Positions 60,178 through 64,000 of a DNA stretch of 64,000 nucleotides are shown here, in pieces. The stretch covers positions 169,104 to 233,103 of the IMG/VR virus record IMGVR_UViG_3300021426_000063; one strand, 5' to 3'. This stretch comes from a virus (lineage: Duplodnaviria; Caudoviricetes). A program made the position numbers and the translations under genes. Within the stretch, counting starts at the first letter, position 1, and the number at the start of each line of letters is the position of its first letter. Below the pieces are notes generated by a model. That model did not search any database, was not told the DNA's origin, and saw nothing but the letters and a program-made list of their open reading frames with translations.

Positions 60178-60199
60178 ACATTAAATATAACAAAAAAAA

Positions 60200-60223
60200 G
60201 AGTCCTCCAATTTTGGAGGACTC
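60200..60223 (-). terminator. Terminator of ompA fused to the next promoter
   Basis: GAGTCCTCCAA-tt-TTGGAGGACTC; the minus-strand T-run continues into TTTGTTATATTTA. Confidence 0.8.
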
Positions 60224-60255
60224 AATAAAGTGTAACGTTTAAGTTATTTTATTTA

Positions 60256-61446
60256 TTATTCAGTAACTGTGATTACAGCAGCCCTACTTGCAGCAGGTTC
60301 TGCATTTGTATCAAGTGCAGTTGAAGTGGTGATCCTGTCAGCACTTACACCAAGATTGACAAGTGCATTCTTGACTGCCTCTGCCCTCTTTTCAGAAAGC
60401 TTCTCATTGGTCTTCAAAGAACCAGTGGCAGTGTCAGCAGAACCAACAATGTTTACATTCTCATTTTCTGCGAGTACACCGGCGAACACACCAAGCTTTG
60501 CCAACTCAACCTTATTCAACTTGGATGAACCAATCTTGAAGGTGATGATTGTAGAGAACTTGTTGTTCACAACAGGCTTCTCAACAACAATAGTGTCAAC
60601 CTGGGTCTTAACAACAACCTTCACTTCAGGAGCATGATTTTCAAGTTCATTAATCCTCTTGGTGAGAGCATCTCTTTCCTCTGCTGTTACAGTGTAAGGG
60701 CAGAGAACAAAGTTATGGGAATGCTTCTTCTTGGATCCAAACTTATAGGTCACACCCAACTGTATATTTGCTCTTGCATCCTTGCCCCAGGTAGGGAAAC
60801 TCTGGTACTCACCAGAACGCTTGCTGAACCAGAGTACGCCAGGACGGACATTAATCTGCCATGCCCTTGCCTTACCAAGATTAACATTGAGTTCCAGACC
60901 GGTATTGTATACAATATAGTTCTTATCAGTGAAATTAATACCATTGGAGTTATAAGGGTCATGTCCTACAACAGGTTCAAGACCATTATCAAGTCTGGAA
61001 GTCCAGGTCTGACCATTACCTACATAATCACGGCCCCAACCAAGACCAACAACACCAACTACTTCTACTCTACGAGGTTGTCCCTTATATCCACCAAACC
61101 AGTTAGAGAAATTAATTTTACCATTGGCAAGAACAGCACTCTCATCAATAAATGTATAAGAAGTGGTAGTATTATAGAAAGCAAGACCTTCAATAGAAAG
61201 TCCAACAACAGGTGTTACATACTTACCAAATTCAAGTCCAGCAAAAGGACGGACACCATTGGCAACACCCTTTGCTCCATTCCAGTAGAAAGGAGTTGGT
61301 ACATTAGCAAACTGACCTGTGGTTGTACCACCACCAACAAGGGTCACATAAGTGTTTTCAAAAAGACGTGAATGTTCAACCGTCTGTGCATTTGCAAGAC
61401 CAATCATCAATGCAAATGCAATAATCATACTTAAAATTTTCTTCAT
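60256..61446 (-). CDS. OmpA-family outer membrane protein (Bacteroidota type)
   Basis: Signal peptide MKKILSMIIAFALMIGLANAQ; beta-barrel ending LGVTYKFG; OmpA C-domain FKIGSS...GSAD..TGS...NEKLSEKRAEAV. Confidence 0.85.
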   Translation of the reverse strand: MKKILSMIIAFALMIGLANAQTVEHSRLFENTYVTLVGGGTTTGQFANVPTPFYWNGAKGVANGVRPFAGLEFGKYVTPVVGLSIEGLAFYNTTTSYTFIDESAVLANGKINFSNWFGGYKGQPRRVEVVGVVGLGWGRDYVGNGQTWTSRLDNGLEPVVGHDPYNSNGINFTDKNYIVYNTGLELNVNLGKARAWQINVRPGVLWFSKRSGEYQSFPTWGKDARANIQLGVTYKFGSKKKHSHNFVLCPYTVTAEERDALTKRINELENHAPEVKVVVKTQVDTIVVEKPVVNNKFSTIITFKIGSSKLNKVELAKLGVFAGVLAENENVNIVGSADTATGSLKTNEKLSEKRAEAVKNALVNLGVSADRITTSTALDTNAEPAASRAAVITVTE

Positions 61447-61550
61447 AGCATTTCTTTTTGTAAACGTTACATTTATATTTGAATCTTACCACCTAATTTG
61501 CCCATAGAGGCACTTTAAGGTTTCAGATGATAAAGATTACATTATGAAAA

Positions 61551-61575
61551 AGAACACCCCAATTTGGGGTGTTCT
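61551..61575 (-). terminator. Terminator after the DUF2828 gene
   Basis: AGAACACCCCA-att-TGGGGTGTTCT with a minus-strand T-run. Confidence 0.75.
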
Positions 61576-61581
61576 GGGGTT

Positions 61582-63150
61582 TTATGCACCAAGTACTTCC
61601 TCAATGACAGAGTACCTGTCAGAATCAAGTACAGACTTCAGTGCAGTCCAAGGATTCATCTCACCAGAGAGAATCATCTTGACATTGTTCACAGAGAATC
61701 CTGCAACCAGGATAACACCTGCTTCATTGGAAGAGACTGGGAGAGTCTGGGTCCTGGAATTAACATTCCAGAACACAATGTAAGGCATTGTGTAACCAGC
61801 AGCAGTCCACTTCTGCTTGATTGTCTCAAAGAGAGTCTGGTACTGCTTCATAATGTTCTGATGGTCATGATCATAATAGGCTGTATACTCACATGCCCGG
61901 TCAAACTCCATATCAGAGACAATGAGGATTCTCTGAAGGAGTTCACTCTGGGGGAGGTTGTACTTGATGGCAGTGGCAAGAAGAAGGTCAAACACCTTCT
62001 CAAGGTTGGTGTTAGAACAGTCATCATACTTGTTCATAACATTGTACTTTTCTGCAAGGGTCTTACAACCAGACAGGTCAATGTACCTAGGTCTTGAAGA
62101 GAACTCAATGACCTTATCCTTGTACTCACCAGTGTTCCTTTCAGAGAAGAACACAGAGAGAGCCCTGGACACATCAATGGCCATAATGTTGTTTGCACCC
62201 TTGATGGTAGAGCACATAGAACCAGAACCATCGCATACCACCATAGTGTTTCCAGTGGTAGGGATGTTCTTGAGGTTTGCCCACAGAGCCTCAATACCCT
62301 GGTCCATTCTAACATCTGGACAATAGCGGTTACCACCAGTGTACTTTGCATACACCTCATGTGGATAGAGGTTAGAAGCATGCATCACTGCACCAACAGG
62401 TGTATTGGACATAAGGTCATCCAGATACTTCTGTCTCCTTTCAGGGTCATGCTTCATAAATGCCTTGACATAGCGAGCATTGGCATTGGAAGAGACCTTG
62501 TTGTAGTCAATCTCATTCCACTTGTCTCCACAGGTCTTCACCTCTGTCACATCAATATACTTACGGAGTGCAGAGAGCATCTTACGGTACACCGCATTGT
62601 ACAGTTCCATAGACTGTGAAATTCTGATTGCCACCTTTCTGGACTTCTTGGAAGCATTGATAGAAGGCAGCCACTTGGCAAGAAGTGACACAGACTTTCC
62701 TTCCTTCATATTAAGAAGGTCTTCATTGAGTTGCTTTCCAATGAGTTCATAGATGGATGTAGAGAGATCACTACCTTCAGATGTCCTGCCAAGAAGGTCT
62801 ACAACATCTTTCCAACGACCAAACTCTGGTACAAGAGGAAGAACCTTCATAGCTGCCTCCCTATCAAATGAATAGAGAGTCATAAAGAGGTTCACAAAGG
62901 AATCCCTCTCCCCAAGTCCTTCACGGACATCACGGAGATAGAAGAGCCACTTGATGGCAGTGACCTTGTCTTCATTCAGAGCATTGAGGAATGTAGTGAT
63001 GTCTTCCATAGTCACATTGTTGTGATTGGAAGGTACACGGAAGTTGAGGTCAACCAGGTTCTGTCCAGAAGTGGAGTAACCTACTGCACCATTTTCTGTG
63101 TGCTGAATTGAATTGACCTTATCAAGGGTCTGCTTGTATTCGTTCATCAT
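61582..63150 (-). CDS. DUF2828-family (TROVE/VWA-like) protein, probable early gene
   Basis: TENGA, RDVREGLGER, GRWKD, SLLAKWLPS, MIDAS DGSGSM, SDMEFD, FWNV; host-type promoter upstream. Confidence 0.8.
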   Translation of the reverse strand: MMNEYKQTLDKVNSIQHTENGAVGYSTSGQNLVDLNFRVPSNHNNVTMEDITTFLNALNEDKVTAIKWLFYLRDVREGLGERDSFVNLFMTLYSFDREAAMKVLPLVPEFGRWKDVVDLLGRTSEGSDLSTSIYELIGKQLNEDLLNMKEGKSVSLLAKWLPSINASKKSRKVAIRISQSMELYNAVYRKMLSALRKYIDVTEVKTCGDKWNEIDYNKVSSNANARYVKAFMKHDPERRQKYLDDLMSNTPVGAVMHASNLYPHEVYAKYTGGNRYCPDVRMDQGIEALWANLKNIPTTGNTMVVCDGSGSMCSTIKGANNIMAIDVSRALSVFFSERNTGEYKDKVIEFSSRPRYIDLSGCKTLAEKYNVMNKYDDCSNTNLEKVFDLLLATAIKYNLPQSELLQRILIVSDMEFDRACEYTAYYDHDHQNIMKQYQTLFETIKQKWTAAGYTMPYIVFWNVNSRTQTLPVSSNEAGVILVAGFSVNNVKMILSGEMNPWTALKSVLDSDRYSVIEEVLGA

Positions 63151-63179
63151 ATGCTTGTTTGTTTAAAAGTTTAACAATA

Positions 63180-63211
63180 CAAAGATAACAAATAATTTTG
63201 AATTTTCCAAA
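63180..63211 (-). promoter_or_regulatory. Bacteroidota-type promoter TTTG-N20-TATCTTTG
   Basis: Exact -33/-7 elements with a 20-nt spacer upstream of the DUF2828 gene. Confidence 0.75.
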
Positions 63212-63256
63212 TTTATCAAATGTTTTTTCATAAATATGTTATATAGTTACAATATT

Positions 63257-63529
63257 ATGGAAGTACCTGAATCAATAAGATATATAGATTTTGGTGATGG
63301 TGTTGGAAATCATCCAATAGATGCTGTTTCAGTTGGAGGAAAACTTGGTGAAAATATTCAGGTGATCAATAATCTTGTTACAAGTATTGATGAAAATTCA
63401 ACAGACACACAGTATCCTTCTGCAAAATGTGTTTATGAGATGATTTATGGTCATATTGATACTCCAACATCAAATCTTTGGAATGGTTCAAATACTTGGG
63501 ATAGAACTTCAATCTGGCAACAAAACTAA
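63257..63529 (+). CDS. Small fibre-associated/adaptor-like protein, paralog of 8273-8494
   Basis: Near-identical core at protein and DNA level; late promoter at 63229; Trp-spaced C-terminal extension. Confidence 0.7.
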   Translation: MEVPESIRYIDFGDGVGNHPIDAVSVGGKLGENIQVINNLVTSIDENSTDTQYPSAKCVYEMIYGHIDTPTSNLWNGSNTWDRTSIWQQN

Positions 63530-63562
63530 AAAATACATAAATATATAGAAAACTTTTATAAT

Positions 63563-63991
63563 ATGGCAGATATTGCAAATAAAACAGAATCTTGGAATGG
63601 ACATACTTTAGGTGAGGTTGAGAGTCATATTAAATCAAGACTCAATACTGATGAAAGTATTGTAGGTTTTTATACCTGTGGAACAGCAGCAGAAACAGCA
63701 GCCAAAGTAGTTGCTGCATCTAATTATGTTCTTACAGATGGTGGTTCAATCAAGATTAAATTTACATATGCCAATTCTGTGGCATCACCAACATTGAACA
63801 TTAATTCTACTGGAGCAAAGGCCATTGTATATAATGGTTCTGTTGCAAGTGCAACTAATACCTGGAAAGCAGGTGATGTTGTTGAGTTCTACTATGATCC
63901 TACTTATAATTCTAATGTTGGAGCATATATTGGTATACCTACTGTTGTTGCAACACCAGAAGAAGTTAGTCAGTTAGGCCAAAAGAGTTGA
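63563..63991 (+). CDS. Tail-fibre-like protein N-terminal region (142 aa as read; may continue in another frame)
   Basis: CGTAAETAAKVV...IKFTYANS...PTLNINSTGAKAI...WKAGDVVEFYYD, a common fibre domain; late promoter at 63536. Confidence 0.6.
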   Translation: MADIANKTESWNGHTLGEVESHIKSRLNTDESIVGFYTCGTAAETAAKVVAASNYVLTDGGSIKIKFTYANSVASPTLNINSTGAKAIVYNGSVASATNTWKAGDVVEFYYDPTYNSNVGAYIGIPTVVATPEEVSQLGQKS

Positions 63992-64000
63992 CAAACTTTT

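Noticed and set aside
45069-62752. Long antisense ORFs (45069-45704, 60634-61371, 61564-62097 and others)
   Set aside because: They lie opposite well-supported genes and lack recognisable motifs or promoter signals.
1-64000. TAG stop-codon reassignment as in some Lak and crAss-like phages
   Set aside because: ORFs up to 10 kb are intact under code 11 and tile the window. TAG ends two genes (22184-22186, 55856-55858), and read-through gives no meaningful extension.
1-64000. tRNA or rRNA genes
   Set aside because: Intergenic gaps are short and AT-rich; no cloverleaf or T-loop pattern was noticed by eye. tRNAscan-SE would be decisive.

Overview
This window is an AT-rich, CG-dinucleotide-poor segment of a large T4-like (jumbo) phage, probably infecting a Bacteroidota host such as Prevotella. 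The host inference rests on TTTG-N20-TAnnTTTG promoters and a Bacteroidota-style OmpA. T4-like core genes are a gp61-type primase, GroES, UvsW, a UvsY-like protein and a gp2-like end protector. Other recognisable genes are an amidase endolysin, a CHAP/NlpC-like hydrolase, a metallopeptidase-VWA plus MoxR-type AAA pair, a ColE2-Rep-like AEP protein, up to five glycan-modifying enzymes, OmpA and a DUF2828 protein. A large late cluster encodes fibre/virion proteins: a 3375-aa Ser/Thr-rich Ig/MBG repeat protein, an LTD-metallophosphoesterase, a CotH-kinase/LRR giant and a collagen-like protein. The most striking observation is a naturally split Ig (Big_2-like) domain. Two separately promoted and terminated cassette genes with unrelated N-termini each end in the same truncated Ig N-part (...SNxNISIV-stop), and the 3375-aa fibre begins with the missing C-terminal strands (MAKYVKGLNAGSSTLTATYSGKTASINITV). 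This suggests interchangeable tips that dock onto the fibre by strand complementation. Three promoter classes are visible (host-type, TTTGTTATATTTA, CATAAATA), with several apparently leaderless genes. All family assignments come from motif recognition by eye, not from database searches.
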